Positions 18,701 through 25,978 of a stretch of 64,000 bases of DNA are shown in pieces. Made by a program: the position numbers and the translations under genes. Source of the DNA: Candidatus Omnitrophota bacterium (GTDB taxonomy: Bacteria > Omnitrophota > Gorgyraeia > Zapsychrales > JANLHA01); the NCBI GenBank assembly GCA_020632555.1, contig JACKFI010000001.1, positions 65,750 through 129,749 on the forward strand. The letters are read 5' to 3'. Each line of letters begins with the position of its first letter. The first letter of the stretch is position 1. The notes beneath the pieces are model-generated. The model was not told the DNA's origin, did not search any database, and saw only the letters and a program-made list of their open reading frames with translations.

Positions 18701-19573
18701 CGCCAAAATCATCGCGTGATAAATCTGGCGCAACATCGCAAAATTTTCGCCTTCGTTGACTTCTTTTTCAATGGCAGGAATGATCACTTCACGAATGGTT
18801 TGGGAAGGACTGTCAGGGGTTAGGGGTTGGGGATTAGGGGTTAGGGGCTGGTCGCTGGGGGAGTTGTTCTCCGATAACGTCCAGCTTCCAGCGTCCAACG
18901 TCTTTTGCATCGCGGTAAAATCCTCTGCCAGCATCACCTTCAAATGGCTGTCCACAACAAAAGCATTGCCGTCCTTGGTATAAACTTCGGCAGAATCCGG
19001 GATAATCCAAACTTTATTAAACGTATTGATATTCGAGATTTGACCGCCTGACTGCGCGGCTTTATTGTAAATCTTTTTCCAAAACTCTTCACCCCGCGCT
19101 GTTGTCGGATCCAATAGGGAAGCTGAGATTTGTTTTAAAAAGTAATCCTGCGCCAATAAATCACGGCCCATTTCGGTCACGCCAAAACCGGTGGGCATAA
19201 TGCGGTCTTTTTCATAAGGCGACAAATTGACCCAAAGGTCATCTTCCGGCACAGTCAAAGACGCTAAAAAATATTTAATCAATTTCTGAGATTCTAAGCT
19301 AACCTCTTGCGCATTAAGCTGCTCTTGGCCTGGATCGATTAAGAAGTCAAAACGAAAAGGATTGTCAGGATAAGTTTTAATGCCCTTGATGAGAACTGGC
19401 GCATAGGCAGAACTCAAGCTCACAGCGGTTCCGGGCATAGGCAAACTCTGCAGATAACTCTGCGCGTAAGCTATTGACTGATAACCAAATGTATCGACGG
19501 AAAATGCAATCAAAACAGTCCAAATCACCGTTCTAAAAAGCAATCCCCATTTTTTCTTTTGTAACCAATGCAT
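12764..19573 (-). CDS. Giant modular membrane protein (2269 aa): shared N-terminal module, LysM-like segment, and a membrane-embedded GlmS-like (class-II amidotransferase + SIS-like) module
   Basis: It is a complete ORF. The N-terminal ~400 aa are paralogous to 1..4690. Amidotransferase-like motifs are IIACGNFG (Cys codon 17018..17020), LTLRGGESSGM and GHVRLPTGG...AAHPF. SIS-like motifs are AVSTGYENSE and MVTSKSGGTAPS. Several hydrophobic helices are present. Confidence 0.85.
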   Translation of the reverse strand: MHWLQKKKWGLLFRTVIWTVLIAFSVDTFGYQSIAYAQSYLQSLPMPGTAVSLSSAYAPVLIKGIKTYPDNPFRFDFLIDPGQEQLNAQEVSLESQKLIKYFLASLTVPEDDLWVNLSPYEKDRIMPTGFGVTEMGRDLLAQDYFLKQISASLLDPTTARGEEFWKKIYNKAAQSGGQISNINTFNKVWIIPDSAEVYTKDGNAFVVDSHLKVMLAEDFTAMQKTLDAGSWTLSENNSPSDQPLTPNPQPLTPDSPSQTIREVIIPAIEKEVNEGENFAMLRQIYHAMILATWFKRHLRNNLFSKVYVGQNKVAGVDVDDKEIKEKIYQQYLAAFKKGAFNFIREDYDPVTEEMIPRKYFAGGVSFTGFASLKAGEPSAYRETSNPAALLRLQVHSVGYQGGIGYRVSSVVVNPQGVNWYNQMQLIAPKAVAASALIDPAKIVTGSAFGLSVGKLFRKTSSLRKAIGIALSTILLFSTLGFVTQTQAAQFDFQKDRGMIIHVEKNDTLGDIVQTLKAQKVKGSSDLLDGHLWGKSGAVEKVAQAMQISDQDKITAGKTYVIPASFLNATDVSKVASLPPAARASAEKPSAQPVVVEPSSISTSDIVATTKIESIPSVVSWTILGLMLASFGLLSAAGQKFAGQDKKSNRLSADPAQPLVNWAIVNERVVNVVRAVTFEPRAYGAVRANALSTSEAKKVEPVQQYVEEVAQETLIQKPTIKNDFIVSSRQAQVPMDEELAFAQKAHQESVGFTVPSGIATVPDQDEALRAEEILAQRKSATAISQSQAAGGQKNLPGAMGVFKDKGQSGSGRSWRNSLAASIAWASLAAGLAAYFSFVDHATGSLMQWFIIACGNFGIYWVDDENEKPANPQERIYPRWVSVLLGRHLELLTLRGGESSGMMTFAWNQAQQKTVALVAKVLKAKRGGDLFKSLDRKFRKTVKKAVGKKIVAHSKSRVHGVTGHVRLPTGGASLLAAAHPFTTTDNQLAAGLFGLWRKGEGDFAIQDNWVIQDGRFASQPDQVIVSIAANGDNLRAIAKFRFSQADPKGNGILDALIAQGKLEEVAQDTVRLVRNEDGSASRPPEIKEAQYDDIWEDLQKSDLQVTMFGQEMDTAQLRDYYAEIYQYELGDAYQWVTERDEHGNLPAKHRIVNGDSPPIALQILFGLTQGNWKSSLRYAYTNAVHHNRQEVVDHVMTAEQMNLITQFIQGVFVEQSDQLVRLGLSKENKGYVDLWATPDMVNADARWAPQFQALEHFRATLLQRLMDVRDEIEDGKQATAQGILIRQWRRHNDQTLKAFVDLLVERFFVGDRATSVREFAQVAKGTFGVQAKDSLHPNSFTLYANEQGLAIGYSTVGRYVEFSSEHSAMMYDHGQRGPLENIIILDSQEPGQMADVTVFDNKNGPLFSLDVYSFAENRSLTHDEILGNSYPQAEDSPYFRKPLVYKDSSNKTKEDLEKIPAIAAELRGDWDNEHSHARQTAAAMLNQFVARDLETYLKTNSLVYGRRQGEITNNLGVIIDNVMDTTTPQGRETKARILHEVQNDSIIPYFTDYLDRIIEQKADQLAHQMIAEEITEDDLPEIQDEFERSLQLQFYRELKRIGQRIANNDFKFFQQWLDDAIAQGGQDVPIGAGEIDAVSTGYENSEHLGEALDDLYHVVFPKMRRLNLSSNKALSLSGHDGVGRRTVAMVTSKSGGTAPSKGVVARLMRMMPGRVFASTSRADTLVGFALGQKYLKDSPFCQRIFYTGDYYPSEAISAGEIALFINNIELVIYLAQHFRQLYPHRQPFGMTMNNNEIAELERLRDDILVEEAARLVGVNVQGEPQTTEVHEMLNKKGEHVGKTILEGPFTNLYFRLFVIGVFLLAAPVQSLFESLSGAPLPAGFNAIAIAVHMADATIALLFQWQFTVWIYRWFSQRPRWARLSGTTLAVNDPSLLVRESGEMYAVKLGSQAPASMHMHVLSTDPTDSLAAKLLPRIARGTLALFGMPYESTAQDQVALSIQQVAAVKNGILGQFMKAGAEIFVIFRGKDAKNVPAGAQHKMNIGAPDIHLPTPRVLDFYHHSFDLYGRLIGEKVFIESAYRYATTFKFGKWMVQIWDRSKTFFRTGVLSTAIPRMKSEKPVEFRGADPLANFPPKKKETAVEQTTLPQQNAAAVDESAQEFNKQTVTQSNEETVLPQVSSSALTASANATAPGGIDLNPRLLKMNVTGDSASLAVFPAPEFLLDPSMLNAMPSDRFVPLIIEVVPVATIDMFLGMSSVDSDNQLASAIKK

Positions 19574-19640
19574 TTATTTAAACCCTTTTAGTTTGTTGTC
19601 ATGTAAATACGTTTTTGTTTTGTTCGAATCCAAAAGAAAA

Positions 19641-19671
19641 AGCCCAAAACCCCTTAAAGGGATTTTGGGCT
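19641..19671 (-). terminator. Rho-independent terminator (minus strand), now separated from the nitroreductase gene by the IS
   Basis: The minus strand reads AGCCCAAAATCCCTTTAAGGGGTTTTGGGCT followed by TTTTCTTTTGG. Confidence 0.6.
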
Positions 19672-19778
19672 GCAACGTCCAATGATAAAGGATTGGCTTC
19701 ACTGCCAATCCGAATTCTTTAATAACTTAAAACAGAACCAATACACGAAGTATACGCAGACAACTTTTTTTTGTCAAG

Positions 19779-19794
19779 AATTCTTTTTGACCTT
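19779..19794. repeat. Target-site duplication, left of IS copy 1
   Basis: aattctttttgacctt is repeated exactly at 21220..21235. Confidence 0.8.
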
Positions 19795-21219
19795 TGTCCA
19801 GCCAAATTAAAAATGTCCTAGTTTAACCAAATTAAAAATGTCCTAATTTTAGAAGTTTCGTAAGCTCCCTTTGAGCTTAAACCCGTTGCGCCAATATGAC
19901 CCCCTAGGCGGCACATATCGCGGCAATCTTTTGACCTTTTTGACAACGGCAACCTTAACCTCTGGCTGCGGCCGTTGGTCTATCGGTTTAAACGCTAATG
20001 GCTGCTTCCCATACTTGATCGCCAGCCGGCCATTTAAATACTCAAAAACTACCACCTGCCGAGCCCGCGTTTTATCTGTCACCTGATACAACCGGCGTTC
20101 ATGCAACACGGTTCGGTCATTGCGTAACACATGCCCTGTCTGTACGGACAATATCTCGTCGAGTTTAACGCTCTTATCAATCGGCCGATGCATATCACCC
20201 AACAACCGCGCTACTACCCTAAAGCGCTTATTAAACTTCGGCAAATACGTTTTTAAGAATGCGTTGGCTTCTTCACAACTCTTAATCCCGGCCAACCGCA
20301 TCTCTTTAACCAACCGGTCTTGCAATGTCTTAAAAACACGCTCGATGCGTCCCTTGGCCTGCGGACTATGCGCATGAATAACTTCGATCCCAAGTTGCTT
20401 GCATGCTCGCTCAAACTGCGTCAGCTCTTCTTTGTCCTCAAAATCCCAATTCGCATAGCGATATCTTTTCTTAGCATTGCTTTTATACGTCGCATGCTTA
20501 TCAAGATACAATTGCACCGGCAATCCATACTTCTGGGCGTAAGACTTTAACCCGCCCATCGCCGGTTTGGTCCCCTCATACTCAAAGAACAACCCATCAA
20601 AATTACTCGTTGCGTCGTCGATAAATCCCATCAAGACCAACTTCGGTCCTCGGTCTTCCAGCCAAAGATGATGACTCCCGTCCATCTGCACCATTTGCCC
20701 AAACCGTTCCTTACGGGCTCGCCAACTGCGCTCTTTAACTTTTCGACGCTTGCCCTCATGCCATAATCCTTCTGCTATCAGCCACAGCCGCAATGTCTCA
20801 TCACTAATCTTAATATGATCTAATTCCCAAAGTTTCTCGCTGGCTAAAAGTGGACCAAATCCCTTGTATCGCTCACGGTACAAACCCAAAATCCTTTCAC
20901 GTACCGCTTTGGCAACACTACGCCGTCCTTTGCATCCTCGCGATCGGTGGATGACTCCGCGTTCTCCTTCCTTGCGTACCCGTCGGACAATCCGCCTAAT
21001 CTGTCGATCACTTAATTCTAAGATCTCGGACGCTTCCTGCTGGTTAATACTTTTGTCAAAGACCTTCCCAATAATTTGATAACGCTTTATCTCCTTTGAC
21101 CTTACCATCATCATGTCCTCTCTGTGAACCATAACGCCTCCTTTATTGCGTTATGGTAGGTTATCAGATTAGGACATTTTTATTTTGGTCAATTAGGACA
21201 TTATCATTTTGGGGTTACA
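19795..21219 (-). mobile_element. Insertion sequence copy 1 (1425 bp), DDE/rve transposase, ISNCY/IS1202-like or IS481-like
   Basis: The ends are TGTCCAGCC... and ...GGGGTTACA. The imperfect ~55-bp terminal inverted repeats each contain two CCAAAWTRAWAATGTCCTA subrepeats. It is flanked by a 16-bp direct repeat and is identical to 24554..25978. Confidence 0.9.
19849..21132 (-). CDS. DDE transposase (N-terminal HTH + integrase-core rve domain), 427 aa
   Basis: HTH region is QQEASEILELSDRQIRRIV. Catalytic context is QMDGSHH...IDDATS...SPQAKGRIER. AAGGAGG lies 5 nt upstream of the ATG. Confidence 0.9.
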   Translation of the reverse strand: MVHREDMMMVRSKEIKRYQIIGKVFDKSINQQEASEILELSDRQIRRIVRRVRKEGERGVIHRSRGCKGRRSVAKAVRERILGLYRERYKGFGPLLASEKLWELDHIKISDETLRLWLIAEGLWHEGKRRKVKERSWRARKERFGQMVQMDGSHHLWLEDRGPKLVLMGFIDDATSNFDGLFFEYEGTKPAMGGLKSYAQKYGLPVQLYLDKHATYKSNAKKRYRYANWDFEDKEELTQFERACKQLGIEVIHAHSPQAKGRIERVFKTLQDRLVKEMRLAGIKSCEEANAFLKTYLPKFNKRFRVVARLLGDMHRPIDKSVKLDEILSVQTGHVLRNDRTVLHERRLYQVTDKTRARQVVVFEYLNGRLAIKYGKQPLAFKPIDQRPQPEVKVAVVKKVKRLPRYVPPRGSYWRNGFKLKGSLRNF

Positions 21220-21235
21220 AATTCTTTTTGACCTT
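21220..21235. repeat. Target-site duplication, right of IS copy 1
   Basis: aattctttttgacctt overlaps the nitroreductase stop codon (21234..21236). Confidence 0.8.
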
Positions 21236-21863
21236 ACTGAAAAGCAATCACTTCCCTTTCGGAAAAACGCACCTTAGCGTGACGGGCATACGCATCATCC
21301 GCCGCGCGATACCCGACGGCACAAAGCACAGTCGCGTGATAACCTTGATCTTTAAGTTTTAAAATTTCATCAAACTTTTGCGGATCAAACCCTTCCATCG
21401 GGCACGCATCAATTTTGCGCTGAGCACATTCTCCCAAAAGCAGACCCAAAGGAATATACACCTGCCGGCTCATCCAAGCAGCCGTTTGTTCGGGCGTCTG
21501 ATTTTGAATAAAGCCCAACATCATGCCCTGATAATCATTCAATGATTCGACGGGAATACCATTAGCCTGGGCGGTACGGGCAATAAAATCTTTAATATAC
21601 GATGTGTCCATTGCTGTCTTAGCGCACAATACAATCAAATGTGAAGCTTCCGTGATCTGCGGCTGGCCCCACGCACTTTTGCGCAACTCTTGACGCACAG
21701 CAGGGTCGGTGACGACAATAAATTTCCAGGGTTGCAAGCCAAAAGATGAAGGAGCCAAACGCAAAACCTCTAAGAGTTCTTGCAAAGTTTCTGCAGCAAT
21801 TTCTTTCTTAGTATCAAACTTTTTTGTCGCATAACGCCATCGTAAAGAGGAACTCACGGTCAT
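21234..21863 (-). CDS. NAD(P)H nitroreductase family protein
   Basis: Motifs RYATKKFD and RLAPSSFGLQPWKF are typical of the NfsB/nitroreductase fold. Confidence 0.9.
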   Translation of the reverse strand: MTVSSSLRWRYATKKFDTKKEIAAETLQELLEVLRLAPSSFGLQPWKFIVVTDPAVRQELRKSAWGQPQITEASHLIVLCAKTAMDTSYIKDFIARTAQANGIPVESLNDYQGMMLGFIQNQTPEQTAAWMSRQVYIPLGLLLGECAQRKIDACPMEGFDPQKFDEILKLKDQGYHATVLCAVGYRAADDAYARHAKVRFSEREVIAFQ

Positions 21864-21869
21864 CCTTTC

Positions 21870-22607
21870 TTATTCACTAAGCGCAACCGGTGCGGCAACA
21901 ATTTGCGGTTCAGTGGTTAATTTCCGGTACACATAAGTTACAGCCAAAGTCGTTGCCGGAATTGTTGCAAACAAACCAATAAATAAGCACAACATTCCAG
22001 CCAAATTAATCAACACAATCAAGAGAACGAATAAAACCAATTGACCCAGCAAACCCTTGGTCAGTGCATAGCTTTTTTTAATCGACTGTATTGCTCCCAT
22101 GTTTTGATCGACAATAAAATAACCAAAAAATTGTAGTCGAACAGAAAAAATAACTGCTGCAATAACAATTAAAATCGAAATAATTACCATCAATAAAACG
22201 AGAATTTGAAGATTGCTAGCCAAACGCACCACAAATGAAATTAACATCCCAGCACAAAGAGCAGGAACGATTACTGCCAAACCAACCAAGATAGAAGCCC
22301 CTAAATACCGAAAAAATAAATGTGGATAAGCAAACAAATCTTCATAGCGAGCCGACTGTCCATCACAAAACTTCAAATAAATAGCCAGCATCCCCGGCGT
22401 GATAAAAATACTCAAAAACTGGCAGATAAGTTGCATCAAACCAGAAACCAGCGGCATTGATTTTTCAGTGACACTGGCAAAAATGCTGGGAATCCCGGTA
22501 ATGGCAAAAATAATCAGCATCAAAACGATAAAAAATCCAAGATTATCGTTCATGGTTTGCCAACCAAAACGTATTGCTTCTCCTTTTGAAAACCGCTGCT
22601 CTGTCAT
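21870..22607 (-). CDS. Integral membrane protein (DUF975-like)
   Basis: It has about 6 TM helices, an N-terminal FSKGEAIRFGW motif and a strong GGGAGGGG SD. The family call is tentative. Confidence 0.55.
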   Translation of the reverse strand: MTEQRFSKGEAIRFGWQTMNDNLGFFIVLMLIIFAITGIPSIFASVTEKSMPLVSGLMQLICQFLSIFITPGMLAIYLKFCDGQSARYEDLFAYPHLFFRYLGASILVGLAVIVPALCAGMLISFVVRLASNLQILVLLMVIISILIVIAAVIFSVRLQFFGYFIVDQNMGAIQSIKKSYALTKGLLGQLVLFVLLIVLINLAGMLCLFIGLFATIPATTLAVTYVYRKLTTEPQIVAAPVALSE

Positions 22608-22619
22608 ATCCCCTCCCGA

Positions 22620-23039
22620 TTATTTAATTTTTTTACAGCTGGTGTCGCAGCAATCATAGCGGCTGACATACAGCCCCAAACAGGCAATGACCACATAGAC
22701 ATAATTACTGGCGGCAATTGCATGCTGACCAGCAACGACCATACCAAAAGCCAAGGTGGTCAAAACAAAAGCAGCCGTGATCCATGCCTTTTTAATATAT
22801 TGCCCGGAAAAAATCCATAAAGCCAGCACAATTTCCACAAAAGGTAAAGCGTAGGCATACGGTGCCACCAAAAAACCCGGCAGCCAAGTTTTGCTAAAAG
22901 ACAACATGATCTGCTCAGCCGAATAACCCAAACCCGTCGCAAATTTATTAATCCCAGCCACCAGAAATAACGACGACATGGCCACCCGCAAGATAATGGA
23001 AATCCAACTTAACTCTGAGTATTCTTTATTCGTGTTCAT
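22620..23039 (-). CDS. DoxX-like small membrane protein
   Basis: It has four hydrophobic helices and a LFLVAGINKF motif. An SD GGGAGG is present. Confidence 0.55.
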   Translation of the reverse strand: MNTNKEYSELSWISIILRVAMSSLFLVAGINKFATGLGYSAEQIMLSFSKTWLPGFLVAPYAYALPFVEIVLALWIFSGQYIKKAWITAAFVLTTLAFGMVVAGQHAIAASNYVYVVIACLGLYVSRYDCCDTSCKKIK

Positions 23040-23074
23040 TGGGCCTCCCTGTGGTTAAATAACCAACATTGTTT

Positions 23075-24283
23075 TTAAGAATACCGGCGCTTACCGCCCG
23101 AACGACGACCACCAAAACGACGCGAACTAAAAACAACCGAAGGCTTTGAAAATGTCTCAGCTGGAATATCTGGATGCTGTGACACTTGCAATGCTGTTTT
23201 GATCAATTTTTCAATATTCGCGATATCATGCTTTTCATCCGGCGCGGCAAAAGAAATCGCATGCCCCGGCAAACCCGCCCGGCCTGTACGACCAATACGA
23301 TGCACATAATTTTCGGCTTCATCTGGCAAATCATAATTGATGACCAGCTCAATGCCGACGACATCAATGCCGCGAGCGGCGATATCAGTGGCCACCAGAA
23401 CGCGGTACAAGCCGGATTTGAAACCGTCTAACGCTTTCCGACGTTGAGCCAATGTTTTGTCTGAATGAATGTCAACGGCATTATGATTCATGCCGCGCAA
23501 AGCGCGCGCGACTTTAAAAGCACCGATCTTGGTTCGGCAAAATAATAAAACCGACCCGCGGTATTGCGCGAGCAGTTTTTGCAAAAGATCCTTTTTGCGA
23601 TCACGACTGACAATAAATAATTCGTGAGTAACGCGCTCGGCGGCTGTCCCGGGAGGAACGACCTCCACCTGCGTTGGCAGTTTCAAATACTTAGACGTCA
23701 TTTTGACAATTTCCGGAGCCATGGTTGCCGAAAAAAACATGGTTTGACGATCTTTGGGAATTGTTTTCAAAATTTGGTCAATTTGCGGCGCAAATCCCAT
23801 ATCTAACATGCGATCCGCTTCATCCAAAACCAAAACGCGCACATCGTGCAAATTAACTTTGCGCTGCTGCATCAAATCATTGAGCCGCCCGGGGGTGGCA
23901 ATCAAAACGCGGGGATTTCTCGCCAAAGAGCGCACTTGACGCTCCATCGAATCTCCGCCGATCAGAACCACAGTGCGAATGCCAAACGCTTGAGCGATTT
24001 TTAAAAGACTAGACTCCACTTGCAATGCTAGCTCTCTGGTCGGGACCAAAATCAAACCGCGGCCTTTAAGCCCGCTGGCCAAGCGCTGAATCATTGGAAT
24101 AGCGAAAGCCATGGTCTTGCCTGTTCCGGTTTGGGCGATACCGATCATATCTTTGCCCTCTAAACCAATGGGAATCGCTTTGTGTTGAATCGGGGTGGGA
24201 GTTTTAAAACCTAACTTCGCGATGCTGTCTAAAACCTGCGGCGCGATGCCTAAACCATAAAAGTTTAACGTTGAATCATTCAT
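23075..24283 (-). CDS. DEAD-box ATP-dependent RNA helicase
   Basis: The Q-motif region is followed by AQTGTGKT, PTRELA, DEAD, SAT and HRIGRTGRAG, with an RG-rich basic tail. Confidence 0.95.
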   Translation of the reverse strand: MNDSTLNFYGLGIAPQVLDSIAKLGFKTPTPIQHKAIPIGLEGKDMIGIAQTGTGKTMAFAIPMIQRLASGLKGRGLILVPTRELALQVESSLLKIAQAFGIRTVVLIGGDSMERQVRSLARNPRVLIATPGRLNDLMQQRKVNLHDVRVLVLDEADRMLDMGFAPQIDQILKTIPKDRQTMFFSATMAPEIVKMTSKYLKLPTQVEVVPPGTAAERVTHELFIVSRDRKKDLLQKLLAQYRGSVLLFCRTKIGAFKVARALRGMNHNAVDIHSDKTLAQRRKALDGFKSGLYRVLVATDIAARGIDVVGIELVINYDLPDEAENYVHRIGRTGRAGLPGHAISFAAPDEKHDIANIEKLIKTALQVSQHPDIPAETFSKPSVVFSSRRFGGRRSGGKRRYS

Positions 24284-24538
24284 TGCTGCTTCCTTCTTTC
24301 TCTTGTACCGTGCTTCCTATAAGGTACAAGACCAAAAGGACACGGCGATGTGCTTTGACTGACTGAACGAATATCAGCCAACACAAGCACTAAAAATTTT
24401 TCGACCCGCATTCTCTATATTATTAATACTGCGAATGGAACACGGAGCAAATGTGAGCTTTCTTCGGGGAGCTGTCCCTGTGTCCCTGTGGACTGCAGAA
24501 AGCGCAATAGTCTAGCACTTGTGCTTTGAAAACACAAG

Positions 24539-24553
24539 CAGACAGATTTTTGG
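24539..24553. repeat. Target-site duplication, left of IS copy 2
   Basis: cagacagatttttgg is repeated exactly at 25979..25993. Confidence 0.8.
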
Positions 24554-25978
24554 TGTCCAGCCAAATTAAAAATGTCCTAGTTTAACCAAATTAAAAATGT
24601 CCTAATTTTAGAAGTTTCGTAAGCTCCCTTTGAGCTTAAACCCGTTGCGCCAATATGACCCCCTAGGCGGCACATATCGCGGCAATCTTTTGACCTTTTT
24701 GACAACGGCAACCTTAACCTCTGGCTGCGGCCGTTGGTCTATCGGTTTAAACGCTAATGGCTGCTTCCCATACTTGATCGCCAGCCGGCCATTTAAATAC
24801 TCAAAAACTACCACCTGCCGAGCCCGCGTTTTATCTGTCACCTGATACAACCGGCGTTCATGCAACACGGTTCGGTCATTGCGTAACACATGCCCTGTCT
24901 GTACGGACAATATCTCGTCGAGTTTAACGCTCTTATCAATCGGCCGATGCATATCACCCAACAACCGCGCTACTACCCTAAAGCGCTTATTAAACTTCGG
25001 CAAATACGTTTTTAAGAATGCGTTGGCTTCTTCACAACTCTTAATCCCGGCCAACCGCATCTCTTTAACCAACCGGTCTTGCAATGTCTTAAAAACACGC
25101 TCGATGCGTCCCTTGGCCTGCGGACTATGCGCATGAATAACTTCGATCCCAAGTTGCTTGCATGCTCGCTCAAACTGCGTCAGCTCTTCTTTGTCCTCAA
25201 AATCCCAATTCGCATAGCGATATCTTTTCTTAGCATTGCTTTTATACGTCGCATGCTTATCAAGATACAATTGCACCGGCAATCCATACTTCTGGGCGTA
25301 AGACTTTAACCCGCCCATCGCCGGTTTGGTCCCCTCATACTCAAAGAACAACCCATCAAAATTACTCGTTGCGTCGTCGATAAATCCCATCAAGACCAAC
25401 TTCGGTCCTCGGTCTTCCAGCCAAAGATGATGACTCCCGTCCATCTGCACCATTTGCCCAAACCGTTCCTTACGGGCTCGCCAACTGCGCTCTTTAACTT
25501 TTCGACGCTTGCCCTCATGCCATAATCCTTCTGCTATCAGCCACAGCCGCAATGTCTCATCACTAATCTTAATATGATCTAATTCCCAAAGTTTCTCGCT
25601 GGCTAAAAGTGGACCAAATCCCTTGTATCGCTCACGGTACAAACCCAAAATCCTTTCACGTACCGCTTTGGCAACACTACGCCGTCCTTTGCATCCTCGC
25701 GATCGGTGGATGACTCCGCGTTCTCCTTCCTTGCGTACCCGTCGGACAATCCGCCTAATCTGTCGATCACTTAATTCTAAGATCTCGGACGCTTCCTGCT
25801 GGTTAATACTTTTGTCAAAGACCTTCCCAATAATTTGATAACGCTTTATCTCCTTTGACCTTACCATCATCATGTCCTCTCTGTGAACCATAACGCCTCC
25901 TTTATTGCGTTATGGTAGGTTATCAGATTAGGACATTTTTATTTTGGTCAATTAGGACATTATCATTTTGGGGTTACA
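24554..25978 (-). mobile_element. Insertion sequence copy 2 (1425 bp), identical to copy 1
   Basis: It has the same ends and orientation, offset by exactly 4759 bp. All six-frame ORF translations are identical between the copies. It has its own 15-bp direct repeat. Confidence 0.9.
24608..25891 (-). CDS. DDE transposase, identical to 19849..21132
   Basis: The 427-aa translation is identical. Confidence 0.9.
   Translation of the reverse strand: MVHREDMMMVRSKEIKRYQIIGKVFDKSINQQEASEILELSDRQIRRIVRRVRKEGERGVIHRSRGCKGRRSVAKAVRERILGLYRERYKGFGPLLASEKLWELDHIKISDETLRLWLIAEGLWHEGKRRKVKERSWRARKERFGQMVQMDGSHHLWLEDRGPKLVLMGFIDDATSNFDGLFFEYEGTKPAMGGLKSYAQKYGLPVQLYLDKHATYKSNAKKRYRYANWDFEDKEELTQFERACKQLGIEVIHAHSPQAKGRIERVFKTLQDRLVKEMRLAGIKSCEEANAFLKTYLPKFNKRFRVVARLLGDMHRPIDKSVKLDEILSVQTGHVLRNDRTVLHERRLYQVTDKTRARQVVVFEYLNGRLAIKYGKQPLAFKPIDQRPQPEVKVAVVKKVKRLPRYVPPRGSYWRNGFKLKGSLRNF

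Noticed and set aside
19802-19848. Repeated ccaaattaaaaatgtccta units, also found at the other IS ends, as a possible mini CRISPR or tandem array
   Set aside because: There are only two copies per end. They lie inside the terminal inverted repeats of the IS and are mirrored at the opposite end. They are subterminal transposase-binding-type repeats.
19795-25978. Composite transposon formed by the two identical IS copies and carrying the nitroreductase/DUF975/DoxX/helicase genes
   Set aside because: Each IS copy is flanked on both sides by its own, different direct repeat (16 bp and 15 bp). This indicates two independent single-IS insertions. A composite unit would show one shared duplication at its outer ends.
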